From Eledone cirrhosa (taxonomy: Eukaryota): DNA of 64,000 bases. The stretch covers positions 135,780,001-135,844,000 of the forward strand of contig OZ024741.1 of assembly GCA_964016885.1 (NCBI GenBank), in the 5' to 3' direction. The notes beneath the pieces are model-generated. The model searched no databases, was not told the DNA's origin, and was given only the letters and a program-made list of their open reading frames with translations. Position numbers and translations under genes: made by a program. Positions 1 to 14,969 of the stretch are shown here, in pieces (position 1 is the first letter of the stretch; every line of letters starts with the position of its first letter).

Positions 1-443
1 ATCAATGAGGGCAAGGCTCATGGAAAAGATGGAGTGGCATCAGAGGTGATGAAGAGGTGTGATTTTGATGATATCATCTTGAGGTTCTGTAACGGGGCAC
101 TGGAGAAAAGAGTTGCCCCGAATCAGTGGAGGATCAGTAACATCGTCCCAGTGCCAAAGAAGGGAGATCTCTCTAACACCAACAACTACCGGGGGATCTC
201 ACTGACGTCACTTTTGGCAAAGACCCTCACAGGATGATTCTTAACAGGATCCAGCCTGAGATGGAGAAGAAGCTCAGGGACAACCAGAACGGCTTCAGAG
301 AGGGTAGATCAACTACCAGTCACATCCTGATGCTGAGGAGGATATTAGAGGGAGCTAGAGCAAAGTGCCTTCCTGCGGTCATGGTTTTCATTGACTTTAG
401 GAAGGCCTTTGATTCTGTGGACCGTTACTGCCTGATGAAGATA
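1..443 (+). mobile_element. RTE-clade LINE reverse transcriptase fragment (frameshifted, truncated by window edge and a TA tract)
   Basis: Translations IVPVPKKGDLSNTNNYRGISLTS, QNGFREGRST and VFIDFRKAFDSV are non-LTR RT motifs. There is a frameshift near 234. Confidence 0.85.
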
Positions 444-451
444 TATATATA

Positions 452-500
452 TATTCCCAATTGGTTGAGGACTTCCTGTATTTGGGAGCAAAGATTGGGA

Positions 501-505
<5 letters not shown>
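452..505 (+). mobile_element. Short RTE-derived patch with self-inverted end between (TA)n tracts
   Basis: ttggttgaggacttcctgtatttgggagcaaagattgggaata is identical to the reverse complement of about 44691-44733 (LVEDFLYLGAKIGN). It is preceded by tattcccaat, the inverse of its own end. Confidence 0.8.
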
Positions 506-547
<42 letters not shown>

Positions 548-607
548 TGTATATATATATATATAAAGACTTAAGCAAAACTCTCTAATTGGGGAGTCAA
601 TTAACTT

Positions 608-694
<87 letters not shown>

Positions 695-980
695 AAGAGT
701 ATGACGTATGTCTTATAAAACATTCACGTTAGAGAAGATGAACGAGAAGTAATGACAACATACAGATGATAAAGATCATGAAGATGATGACACTACTTTT
801 CTATATCCTCGAATATTACTTCTACAAGAATAGTTTAATTTTGGTTTTCTGTGCTAACACGGTTGATTATAGGTTGAGTTATATGTCATATGACATTTTT
901 TTTACAAAATCTTCGCAATATATAGAGGTCGTCTGCTGTAAAATAGATAAATGTGAGCACTACTTTGTTCATAAAAAAAT

Positions 981-1114
981 TGTCGGTATTATTTAAAATA
1001 TATATTATATATTATATATATTTATATATTTGATATATATATATATAAATATATATATATATCAAATATATAAATATATATAATATATAATATATATTTT
1101 AAAAAATACCGACA
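981..1114. repeat. AT-rich inverted repeat (palindrome)
   Basis: tgtcggtatt...atttgatatata mirrored by tatatcaaat...aataccgaca, axis near 1047. Confidence 0.8.
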
Positions 1115-1130
1115 TTTTAATAGAGTCCGT

Positions 1131-1260
1131 CAAGCTGCCGATTATTGAGTCGGGTAGGATCGATATAGATCGAACCTTGAGCTGATCAGTGGCGAAACGC
1201 GCGTCACCTATCAATAAATGCAATGAAGGAATAATCAATCGTCCTTTTTATCCTTTCAAT
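1131..1260 (+). mobile_element. Probable PLE pseudo-LTR remnant; homolog on minus strand at about 60318-60420
   Basis: Both copies share gtcggg..atcgata..gatcg..cctt(g/a)agctgatca..gcgaaa..gtcac..aataaa. Confidence 0.5.
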
Positions 1261-1421
1261 ATATATAAATATATATATATTACTCTTTTACCTGTTCCAG
1301 CCATCCGGCTGAGGCCATGCTGGGGCAGGGCCCTTGATATATCTATACATATAAGTTTATCCCGGGTTCGATCGGGGGTATCCACAGTAAGTAAGGTACT
1401 CAATACATAGCAGAGTATAAT

Positions 1422-1555
1422 TATTTAATATAGAAATGGCTCCTACAGGATTAGAACTGTTTCATTCGGAAGAAATCATAATGGAAGCAGACTTCCTGAT
1501 GATTTGTCCTGAATGAAACAGTTCTAGACCTGTAGAAGCCATTTCTATATTAAAT
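1422..1555 (+). repeat. Imperfect fold-back with degenerate hammerhead-like core
   Basis: atttaatatagaaatggc... mirrored by ...gccatttctatattaaat. CTGATGA at 1496 and GAAAC at 1515. Confidence 0.65.
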
Positions 1556-1797
1556 CTATCTATCTATCTATCTATCTATCAGTCGTGTGTCACTTCGCGG
1601 AGAAGTTTCCGTTAATTTATGTAAGGAAAAAACGTGAGTTTTTAGTTCAATTTTATATCATTGTGTAACTTGACCACCCGTCTGGACCTTCAGGTGGTGG
1701 GTCAACTCATTTTCGCCCCTTCAGGGGCGGAATATCCATTTAAAAAATTTTTCTCCATCGAATCTTGGAAAAAATATTGTAAAATTTTGATTACGTT

Positions 1798-3714
1798 ATG
1801 AACGCTGCGTCCAACGATAATGGTGGTGGAGAGGCGGTAAGACTACAAAGCTCGCAGTCAACAACGTCTTCTTCACTAGATACTATAGAGATGGAAAGAC
1901 AAAATGAAAATAAAAAAACGAATTCACATCCAAACAACACAAATGACACCAAACAGCTCAATGACAACAAAAATAACAGCAAAACCAATAATGATGATAA
2001 AAGCAACAATGATAACAACAACAAAGAAAAAAATAAAGACAACGCCAATAACACCAGCATCAAAGACAACAACAACACCAAGGAAAATACGGATGATACC
2101 AACATCGGTGACAACAAGAATAACAACAAGAATAACAACAATAATGACAACACCACCAATACGGATTCCACAAAGAAACCAAAAATCTCCTTTGCGGAGA
2201 AAGTTCAAAAGAAAGAACAATTGATATATCTCGACATAACAAATGCTGAACACCTTTTAAAGGACGCTAAGAGATATGTCACCTTCGAAAAAAATGGTGC
2301 TTTCAGCATCAATTCTCCGGTAGAAATTCGCAAGGAAACTGCTCTCAAAACGATAGTTTTTAGGACAGTTTCCAATTCTACCCGAAAACCAGTCCAATTG
2401 TCACAGAAAGATATTGAACTGGTTTTCAAAGATTAAATGAATGATATTGCATTCATTCAAAGAAGCAAACTTTTTGGGAGTATTTCGGTACTGATGAAGG
2501 ATCAATTGACGGCCCAAAATTACTCTGTGTCGCCAATTGTATCCAACCTGTACACCTTTTTCCCTACATACATGGGAAAAAGGACACAAAAGATCAGAAT
2601 CACAAGTGTCACACCAAAGGTGAACATATGGTGGATACTGTGCGGCTTCATCAATTTTGATGAAGACAGAATACTGTCAGTAGGCAAGTCCCCCAGAGAT
2701 GTATTCAATGGGACTAGCATTGAAGTTCTGGTGCAAATGAGCCCAGAGCGAATAGCTATGATCCCACAGCGTGTACTCCTGGACGGACTTACCTACATAA
2801 ACCTTTCGGTTGAGGGTAGGCGGCCTTCATGTTACCATTGCTTTAGCAGGGGTCACCTGAGGGCTTCCTGTCCTAAACTAATGAACCAAAAAAAGGCTCT
2901 TCTGCCAACACCCATCAAAACAACTCAACCACCAACACCACCACTACAACAACAACACCAACACACAAAAATAACCACAACAAACACAGTCCCACCCAAC
3001 CTCACTCCACCTAAAACCACTGCAAAATCACATACAGACACAACAGCTCCCCAAGACATACCCCTCCCCAATCACACAGACGATACAACAGATGAGGCTA
3101 TCTCGCCATCACCCAGTGAAGACGAGGGAGAACCCCATCGCTCGAAAAGAAAGAAAAGACATCACAAAAGCAAAAAACCAGCAAACACTACCACAAACAT
3201 ACAACCACCAACACAAACAACAAAAATATCACAAACAAAACCCCCACCTCCTGAAAACAAAATACCTACAACAAAACGAAAGCACACACAAGAACTACAG
3301 ACAAAAACAAACACAACACAAGAAAATTACACTTACACTTACATAAACACTGAAAACAAAACACTAATGGAGACCATTACGAACGACCCTTCGGTTTTCA
3401 CCGAAGGGAAAACTTTCGCCCACTCTATAAAAAATAGCAAAAAAATGAACCTAAAACTGATTAGGGTCCCTATACAAACTTATAGGTCCCTAAAAGAAAC
3501 ATTTGAGAAGGATGTGGGGAATTCCTGCGTGAAACCACTCAACCGCGTCCTTCTCAAATGCCTCCCCACCCCAGACACCCCCATCCCACCAGACCCCACC
3601 CCACCAAACATCTGCGTCCCCACCCCGCCGGAAACCACCACCCATCCAGACAACCCCTCCAACACCCCCATGGAAATCGTGCGGCCTGGTCCCCAGGAGG
3701 CGAAGGGTGAGTGA
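1798..3714 (+). pseudogene. Tx1 ORF1 (gag-like nucleic-acid-binding protein) interrupted by one in-frame TAA at 2434-2436
   Basis: ORFs 1798-2436 and 2437-3714 are in the same frame. They give an Asn-rich N-terminus, the zinc knuckle CYHCFSRGHLRASC and a Pro/Thr/Lys-rich tail. Confidence 0.85.
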
Positions 3715-3747
3715 TCTCTTTTCCTCTTTTAACTTTTCAGCACCAAC

Positions 3748-6700
3748 ATGGCCAATATAAGAGTTGGATGTGTGAACGTACGCGGCCTGGGGATGCCCTG
3801 GAAACAGGGCAAACTCTTAAACGACCTCAGGTCGCACAGTTTGGATGTGGTAGCCATTTGCGAGTCCAGGATCCACGGCGAGCGACAGCTGGCCCCCATC
3901 TTCGATGACTTTGAGATCTACGCATCTCTCTGTCAACCGGGGGGTGGGGGCGGAGTTGCCGTTTTGCTGCGGAAACACCTGGGCCTCGTAACACAGACGG
4001 TACATCTGGACCCGGAGGGTCGACTGGTGGTCCTAGACGTTGACGGTAGTGAAGGTGGAGCGTTCAGGCTGGTGGCCGCATATGCCCCATCCGGGACACC
4101 GCGGCCAGACTTCTTCAAACGTCTAGAGACTTTTCTGGGAACGTCCCGCTCCTTGCTTTTAGTGGGGGACTGGAATGGAATCCTAGATGCACGTTGGGAC
4201 TATGTGGGAGCATGTCCCGATAAAGGGGGGTGTAACAGCTTCAAACAGTTAATCGACCGATTTGACCTGGCCGATAGATATCGACTAGATTTTCCGACTG
4301 CGCCACTGTGGACGTGGAGTAATCGTAGCGGAACATCTAGATCGTACCTAGATAGGGTTCTAGTTAGAAATAAGGATAGGGACATGTTAAGCTGTCCACA
4401 AATGTTCATGGTTGCCTATTCAGATCACAAACTAGTGACCTGCATGGCCAACCTTGATAAAACCCATAGACAAGGACCCGGCTACTGGAAGCTGAACTTG
4501 TCGTTACCGACAAGCAAAGCCTACAGTAGACGGATTAGCACTTTAGTTAAACAGCACTTGACAGGGGCCATTGTCAACAACAGATGGTGGTACTCTCTCA
4601 AGAGGGCAGTTAGATTAGACTCGATAGTTTTTAGTAAAGAATTAGCGTTAGATAGAAATAGAACCGAGAAGGAACTGGTAGATAAAGTAGAAGAGGCTAT
4701 TAGAAGTGGCAACGTAGCCAGCGTGCTAGCAACGAGAACGGCCTTGGACCAGTTCTTCGACGCAAAGCACGAGGGCTGCGTTGTCAGAAGCAAAATACGT
4801 GCTCTGGGAAACGAGGGAGCCAAAGCTGTTAGCTGGGCCCGAGTGACGGAGGCAAAAAGTGGCAACAAGTCCACGATTCGGTCTTTGAAGGACCAAAACG
4901 GACGCATGATACGTGAGCCGAAGCAGATGTGTGCGGCTTTTCAGCGGCACTTTGCTCGGCTGTTCGGGGGGAACGGCGCGCCGGGAGAGGCTATGGATTT
5001 CGGTCCATACCTCGACGGCCTACCGCGACTCTCGGACAGCGGGGCGAAGTTCTGCGAAAAGCCGATTTCAGCCACTGAGATAGGGGACGCGCTGAGCCAA
5101 TGCGGCAAACGCAAATCTCCAGGTCTCGACGGTCTACCCTACGAATTTTACGTAGCAATGCCGGACTTATTCTCCGGTCTCCTGGAAGCGGTCTACTGCA
5201 ACTGGCAACAGAACGGGAGAATTCCCAGTTCTGTAACCGGGGGCGTGGTCACACTAATCAGGAAGGACGAGAATAAGGGGGATGACATAGGCAACTTCCG
5301 GCCCATAACTCTGCTAAACACAGAGTTACAGATTTTGGCCAAGGTGTTGGCAAAGAGGCTGGCGCTTGTCGTCGAGAACCTGGTGGGAGAAGCGCAGACA
5401 TGCGCGATCCCGACCAGGTCCATACACGACAACCTCCACCTCATGCGATACATCATAGAGAGGGTAGGGTGTAAACCCGGCTTCGGTGGGGCCCTGATCA
5501 ACTTGGATCAGTCTAAGGCTTTCGATAGGGTTGACCATCGTTACCTGGATGCGGTGCTCGAGGCGGCAGGCTTCGGACCCGTGTTCAGGGGCTGGATTGC
5601 TGCAATGCACAACAGCAACATCTGCTCAAGGGTCAAGGTGAACGGTTACCTCTCGGAGCCGTTCCATATTACGCGATCCATTCGACAGGGATGCCCTCTC
5701 TCCTCCCTTCTGTACGTACTGACTCTCGAGCCACTACTGCGGAAGCTGGAGCTATTGCAGGGCATCCCTCTGGAACCGGGACTGCGGAAAGCGGCGTCGG
5801 CCTACGCCGACGATTGACAGTAATGGTGTCGAGCGCCTCGCAAATCGAGAAAGTCGGCACCTTACTAAAGGAATACGAAAGTCTCACAGGAGCGAAGCTG
5901 AACCGGGACAAGTCCATCGGTTTGCAACTCGGATCGTGGAGAGGCAGACCGATGCCTTCCGATGGCGTCGTCGGAGGCTGGACGGAAGGACCGGTAAAGC
6001 TGCTCGGGGTCTGGTTTGGTCCGGACCTCCAGGTGGAGAAGAACTGGAACGAAGTGACGGCCAAGGTGTTTGCACTCACCCAGAAGTGGGCCGAGTGCAA
6101 ACTATCCTTGAAAGGTCGAGCGGAGGTGGCGAACACTTTTATAGCGTCCGCCATCTACTACCGCTTGACCGTCGTGCCTTGTCCAGCCAAAACGCTCGCC
6201 AAAATGGAGCGCGCCCTCTTCCGATTCCTTTGGAAGAGGCGGGCTCCTTTGGTAAGAAGATCCATCTGCTGCCAACACCCTTCTAACGGAGGGCTGGGGA
6301 TGCCGTGGTTGACGATGCGCAAACACGCGCTCAGGCTGCGGCATCTCTACGTATTCCTCACCGGACAACCGGTGTGGGCCCCGTTCGTGAGGCGAGCCTT
6401 CCCACGACTCGTCTCACTGACCGAGCTGCAGTCCTGGGTCAAGCAGAGACCGAGGAAAATGGGCGACTGGCACATCGAATGTGCTCAGGCGCTCACAGCC
6501 CTCTGGCAGGCGGACCCGGCGATCAGTGGAGACTCCACTTCGTCATTCTATAGAGGGTTGGTCCGCAGCAAGTGCGACGACGCGCTCGGTGAAACTCTAG
6601 GCGTGGAGGAAGATGAACTGGCCAGTCTGTTCGGTAGGACCTTCCGCCCGGGACCGATGGACAACTTCCAAAAGTCCCTGGCCTGGCAGTGCTACTGAGG

Positions 6701-7184
6701 AGCTCTACCAGTTCGAGACAAGCTCTACAGACATGGGCGCCCGGGCAGGGACCCTGCAAAAAAGATCTGTCCGAGGTGCGTGCGAGACGAAGAAACCGTC
6801 GCGCACGCATTCATACACTGCCCGGGCGTCACTGACCTGTGGGGATATGTAGAACGACTATTGTCGCGGGTGGGACCAATCCAGTTGACCACCGAGTCCA
6901 TTGTCATGATCAAACCGCCACCCTCCTTCAAAAACGAAGGAGAGGCGGTTTTCCTTTGTGTGATAGCTATGGCGAAAGAGGTTGTATGGTGGACAAGGTT
7001 GAAAGGGCTGAGGTCAGACACCTTTCTCTCCGGCCAACAACTGATTCTTTTTTTCAAATACCACTTTGGAAGAAGAATCAGGATGGAGAGAGAGGTGCTG
7101 TACCCCAGCAAGTTTTATGAAAGGTGGGTGAAAGTGGCGAGAATGGCCCGAGTGAATGGGCCTTCTCTCTATATCAGCCTGTAG
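3748..7184 (+). pseudogene. Tx1 ORF2 (APE endonuclease + RT), with a 1-nt frameshift near 5815 and TGA at 6696-6698
   Basis: Endonuclease motifs NVRGL, GDWNG, SYLDR, YSDHK and GYWKLN. RT motifs KSPGLDGLP, NFRPITLLN, DQSKAFDRV, RQGCPLS and YADD. The frame continues via GGLG, WQCY*GALPVRDKL and CPRC..ETVAHAFIHC. Confidence 0.95.
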
Positions 7185-7421
7185 ATTGAGGAAAAGGAGG
7201 AGGAGAGGAAAGGAGTACAAGCTCTTCGTACTCCTGGAGATGAGGGTTGCACATTTTTTTCGGGGGTATGTGTTACCCATATAAACTGTCTCCCTCTATT
7301 GGGGAAAATCGACTAACTTTTAAATTCCATCTGTGATAACATTTTACACGTTTTTATTGTATGTAAACTTCCCCCTTTGTATTTGTCCCCTTCTTTTGTG
7401 CCCCTGTGGCTAATAAAGAAA

Positions 7422-7871
<450 letters not shown>

Positions 7872-7925
7872 GGAAAAAATGAAACGAAATTTCATTTCCC
7901 ACTCTTAGTACGGTTGTTACTTAAA

Positions 7926-8338
7926 TATAAGTATGTATACGTACATACATATATGTATACAGACGTACAGTAGTATGTATATATATATACATACATGCAC
8001 ATATATATATATGTACGTATGGAGTCACCAAGCATTTATTATAATGCTCGGTGTGTTTGTAAACAAACATCTCGTATAAAGCCGCAGTCTCTAGCAACCA
8101 TCGTTGCTCGTTTGTTCAACACTGATAAAGGAACGCTGTACTAGTTTCAAGCTTGTTAGCTATCGTCAGCAACGTATACCTTCCTGCTTAATACGGGATG
8201 TTTGTTTACAAATACACCGAGCATTATAATAAATGCTTGGTGAATCCATACGTACATATATATATGTGTGCATATATGTATATATACATACTACTGTACG
8301 TCTGTATACATATATGTATGTACGTATACCTACTTATA
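7926..8338 (+). mobile_element. Inverted-repeat element (arms about 155 bp); spacer holds a degenerate hammerhead-like motif, probable PLE pseudo-LTR
   Basis: Arms at about 7926-8080 and 8186-8338. Spacer reads aaca-CTGATAA-aggaac...gtttc-aagct-tgtt. Confidence 0.7.
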
Positions 8339-8726
8339 TATATATATATATATATATATACTGTAAGGTGTTATAATTCCAATTGCGCTGTGTGAGGTTT
8401 AAACAACCACCGCAGCTGTAACGCCAACACCACCACCAACACTACTACCACTACTTGCAATAATAATGATAATTAATTTTAACATTAAGCTCTAAGCTAC
8501 ATATTTTGTAGGAAGAATTTTAGTCGTGATAATCGATTGCATTGCTTGTCTTGTATTCATTTTATCGATCTCTGAAACGTTGACGGCTAACATTAGCCAT
8601 ATCAGAAGTTGAAGTGGTTGTGGTGAGAGAGAGGAAGGGCTGTAAATATACGTGATACTGCCAGATATCATTTTCGTCCCACTATTGATTCTTATACCAT
8701 GATACAACTAACCTTAATAATAATAG

Positions 8727-9370
8727 ATTCTGATTTAGGTACAAGGCAAACAATTCTTTTTTTGGGGGGAGGGGGGGTTCGATTATATCGACAGTGCGTT
8801 ACTAGTACTTTATTTTATCGACCCCGTAATGATGCACGGCAAAGCTAACCTGGATGAGAGTTGAACGTAGTACGTATATGCCTGTAACTATATACTGCAA
8901 AGCTGTCCGACGCTCTACCGATTCTGCTAATCCAATAATAATGAAATTTGAAACTCAGAGCGCAGATAACAGGAAATAATTGTTTCTACATTTGGCAAAA
9001 GGTCAGTAATTATTCCAGTACATTACTGGTACTTTTTTTTATCGACCCCGCAAGGATGAAAGGCAAAGTTAACTTCGACTGGATTTGAACTCAGACCGTA
9101 AAGGGGCGTAACTATACGGGAAAGCATGACATCCGACTCTCTACCGATACTGCCAATCCACCACCATCTAAACAACAGCAACAATAATGGTTTTTAATAC
9201 AGGTGAACATTTGGGGGACGGGGAAGGCGGATTATTTCGACCCCGGTATTTAATAGGTATTTTATTTTATTTTGTCATTACCAGAAGAATGGAAGGCAAA
9301 GTTGCCCTTGGCGTGTCTTGAACTTAGAGTGCATACAGTCAGACGGTTTACAGCTCTGCAAATCCATCGT
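8727..9370 (-). mobile_element. Three tandem degenerate copies of tRNA-derived SINE family A
   Basis: Repeated ttttatcgacccc..aggatgaaaggcaaagttaac..gatttgaactcag..ctctaccgatactgccaatcc. Confidence 0.85.
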
Positions 9371-9464
9371 CCAAAAAACAACAATAATAATTTGTTAACA
9401 ACTGTGTATGTTTCAGAAAATGGGTTTAAATCGTTGGAGCCTGTGTTGGACCTCCGTCAACTCT

Positions 9465-9612
9465 GACGATGGGCGTTCTAGTTGTTTGAACAACGGAACA
9501 GCGTGTTCCAGAAGGTATAGTGCAAGTCGGTGAACATTCCACAGATACGTGCACATTTAGCGTAGTTCTCAAGAAGATCCAGGACGACATAGTGTGAGAC
9601 AAGGCTGACACT
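9465..9612 (-). mobile_element. Dispersed repeat body (SINE-like family C); relatives at about 20030-20235, 21490-21605, 26150-26300, 26515-26640 and 33580-33730
   Basis: Shared motif gaatgctcagccact..catgttaattt..ctgttccgttg..gaacactcgtcgtcg in several copies. Confidence 0.6.
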
Positions 9613-10127
9613 TTTAAATATAGATACAATTCCTTTTTTCCAGCTGATTGCTCAAGGTCACGGTGAATGCATACAACAATAATTCTTTTTAGTGTTAATA
9701 TTGATTCCACCGTCTCACTACTTCTCTAACGCTGAAAACGAGTCAGCCGGTGTGTGATCACTCAATTTGATGGAGATAAAACCTAAATCTCTATCAAAGC
9801 ATACCTTTCATTATTAAAAACGAAGGGTGTATTGGATAGTGTAGTACTGGTTATATTGTCCGAAATTATATTGGATGGTCATAGCCAGACCAATTATGTA
9901 TTATGCTTGCTTGAACAGAGCTGACACGGATATAAAAAAGTACAGCATTCGAACAATAAGATTTAAACAATATAATATTAATGATAGAAGCGTACACAAG
10001 AGTAACTCTATTTAGAGTGAATGTTGTCATCCTATGTGTGCAAAGGCGGTTTACTTTATACAGGAAATAAAGACTCTTAAGAGAAAAGCCAATTAAACTG
10101 ACTTCTGAGCGGTATTATTACAGCGCA

Positions 10128-10350
10128 AGCATGTTTGTTTTGCTAAAGTGTTCGTTTCGCAACAACATAGTTCTGGATTCAGTTTCATTACGCGATACCC
10201 CGGCATGTGTGTTCTATATCCTTGGGTTGTGCAATGCATTGGTATAATGAACAGACTTTAAAAAACAAGAATTGGGGTCAATATGAATCGCTTTGACGCA
10301 GTGCCCCAGTATGGCCGTAGTCTATTAACTGAAACGAGCAAAAAATAAAT
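10128..10350 (+). mobile_element. tRNA-headed SINE family B; relatives at about 24830-24985(-), 28265-28405(+) and 53915-54245(+)
   Basis: Shared head tgcttcgcaaccac..gttc and tail gcagtgccccagcatggccgcag..actgaaac. Confidence 0.6.
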
Positions 10351-10563
10351 AAAAATATAGAAGTCCACACAATAGTAGTAATTCTGTTTGGTGTCAGCGT
10401 CGCCATGTTGTGTGTGGGGAGTCTGTTTACTTTAAACAGAAAATAAAGTCACTTTTCTCTCAAGAATTTGTCAAGCAGTGGTTTTGTCAATGAAACAAAG
10501 AAAAAACAGCAACAACAACAAAAAAGAATGATTCATATTGATATCACAACGAAAGATATGAAA

Positions 10564-10564
<1 letters not shown>

Positions 10565-10630
<66 letters not shown>

Positions 10631-10678
10631 ACTACTGCTGCTGCTACTACTACTACAACTACTACTATACTACTACTG
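10565..10678. repeat. Compound (CTA)n/(CTG)n trinucleotide repeat
   Basis: Directly visible. Confidence 0.95.
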
Positions 10679-11122
10679 GTAATAATAATTGTTTCTATAT
10701 TCATTTTAGTATAAAACCGATGCAGTAGGCATATCTTCAGGAGATTGCGAAAGATTGGTGAGATGATTCTGATTATTCTGATTATTCAGTAATTGGTTTA
10801 AACAACATGGTGGACAAGTAAAATAATGACACATGCATAATCTTCGATAGAGAGGTAACCTCAACATTATAAACAAAGCATAGAGTTTTTATTGTTGGCT
10901 TTATTATAACAAAAAAAAAATAAACGAAACAAAACAAAGTAAAACAACTAAAATACTGAAGCATTATGAACAAACTAAATCCGAAGTTTTTTCAACATAA
11001 AGTGGTATTAGAGTAGGAATGTGTCACTTTTCTATTTGAGATACAGATAATATCTAATATCATTTTACCTTCTTGAAATTCCTAAATAGTCTCATATAAA
11101 TTATACTATACCTCATATACTT

Positions 11123-11214
<92 letters not shown>

Positions 11215-11228
11215 CACACACACATATA

Positions 11229-13013
<1,785 letters not shown>

Positions 13014-13077
13014 CCTCATTACACAATGCTTCAAGTGAACTATAACTTCCTCATATATATATATGTATGTATGTATG

Positions 13078-13110
<33 letters not shown>

Positions 13111-13540
13111 TATGTGTGTGTGTGTGTGCATGCGTGTGTGTCTATATATATGGTGGTGGTGGTAGTGATGGGGTTGTGGGAGGTGGTGGTGGCAGTGTGG
13201 TGTTGTTGATGGTGTTTGTTTATTTTTTTGTCTATCTACCTATCTATTTATATACTACTAAACTCTGTGAATGTGTGCTTGTCTGTAATTTAATGCAGGC
13301 AAAACGGCGTATTATCGGAAAATACTTTGAAAGGAGAACATACCCCTGAAATGAGAATACAAATGGAATAAAACAAGATTTGTGTAAATCGGAGCACGTG
13401 TTCACAGGATACGAGTTTTTCCTGGTACCTAGATAAATAGAGAAAATGAGATAGTGGTTTTGAGAGAGAAAATTGAAAGTGAGACATAGTTAAAGAGAGA
13501 GAGAGAGAGAGAGAGAGATAGATAGAGAGAGAGAGAGAGG

Positions 13541-13581
<41 letters not shown>

Positions 13582-13689
13582 AGACAGAGAAGGAAAATAG
13601 AAGAGAGAGAGAGAGAGCTAGTGGTGATGTTGAAGAAAATTATAACACGTGACTTCAAAGTATCGAATACAGCATTACTGTATCTAGGT

Positions 13690-13935
13690 CGAATTACTGA
13701 ATATTAAATCATATGTATCATATAACTTGTGTTAGGACAGGCTGTGTGTGTGTCTGAGACCAATGTATATTGGTCACAGACACTCCCCCGCACCCCCCCC
13801 ATATATATATATATACACACATGTACATACACACACACACTCACATATATGGGCCTTCCAAATTCATTTTACATTATATACATGTGTATGTGTATATTTT
13901 AATTATATAAAAATTAATTTTAAGTAAATGTGACC
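13690..13935. repeat. Dispersed repeat with internal hairpin; inverted homolog at about 37640-37820
   Basis: gtgtctgagaccaatgtatattggtcacagacac vs gtgtctgtgatctatatacactggtcacagacac, plus shared ccttcca..attatatacatg..aattatataaaaatta. Confidence 0.55.
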
Positions 13936-13957
13936 CAACAGGGCACGGGTGGTCTAG

Positions 13958-14066
<109 letters not shown>

Positions 14067-14260
14067 ATTATTATGTAATAAACAACATAAGGCAAGTATT
14101 CCATTTACCAGTGGTTTCTTAAAAGCAAAAGGTTTTGCTTTCAATCCTCAGAATGAAAAATCCTGGTTTGTTTATTGAATATGGATTCAATTAAGCTCTG
14201 TTGCATACATAGAGCACTCTTTTTTCCTGGACTTTTCCGATGGAATTACTTCATTCACAC

Positions 14261-14398
<138 letters not shown>

Positions 14399-14887
14399 AC
14401 AGAGAAAGGGAGAGAGGAGGGTAAGATAATAATTCGATCGCGATGCCTAGCAGCTTTGGCTTGTATTCGGCAAGCCTTTTCACCATTGAAAAGCCATGTC
14501 GTATACAAGCCCCCCCCCCCATATATATATATATATATATATACATATATATACATATATTTATGTGATGTTCAGTGTATTCTAATTCTAGCTTATATAT
14601 CATCATATAGTTGTATTAAACGGGATTTTGTTTTTCGTTTTTTTTTCATCGAAAATTCTGCTAAATATTCTGCACAAAGGAAATGTTTTCTGTATGAATT
14701 CACACTATTTTCCTATAATTTCAGTATTGGTTCATTATTTTAGATAGTAGAGTCTTTAATGTCTTCCACAATTAAACGACTGCTAGAGACAAGTAATATC
14801 TCTGAAATTATGTATACACCGCTCTTACGCGTTGGCGAAGTATGTGTGATATGGTCACATGATCACAGCGTAATATACTCACTGCAA

Positions 14888-14969
<82 letters not shown>

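Larger units (their letters stand above)
1581..7421 (+). mobile_element. Full-length Tx1/L1-clade non-LTR retrotransposon flanked by (TATC)n
   Basis: 5' UTR, ORF1 with CCHC knuckle, ORF2 with APE endonuclease, RT and C-terminal Cys motif, and AATAAA at 7412. TATC repeats lie at 1555-1580 and 7425-7459. Confidence 0.95.

Noticed and set aside
1791-2253. Hydrophobic minus-strand ORFs resembling membrane proteins
   Set aside because: They are antisense shadows of the A/C-rich Asn tract of Tx1 ORF1.
5805-5825. Possible programmed frameshift after YADD
   Set aside because: There is no slippery site and it falls mid-RT domain. A 1-nt deletion or assembly error is simpler.
6696-6698. In-frame TGA as selenocysteine in Tx1 ORF2
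   Set aside because: The context fits a CGA(Arg)>TGA change and no SECIS was identified.
7926-8338. Classification as a TIR MITE (also 41560-42173 and 60457-60802)
   Set aside because: No transposase-family terminal motif or clear TSD, the latter two have asymmetric tails, and ribozyme remnants favour a PLE fold-back origin.
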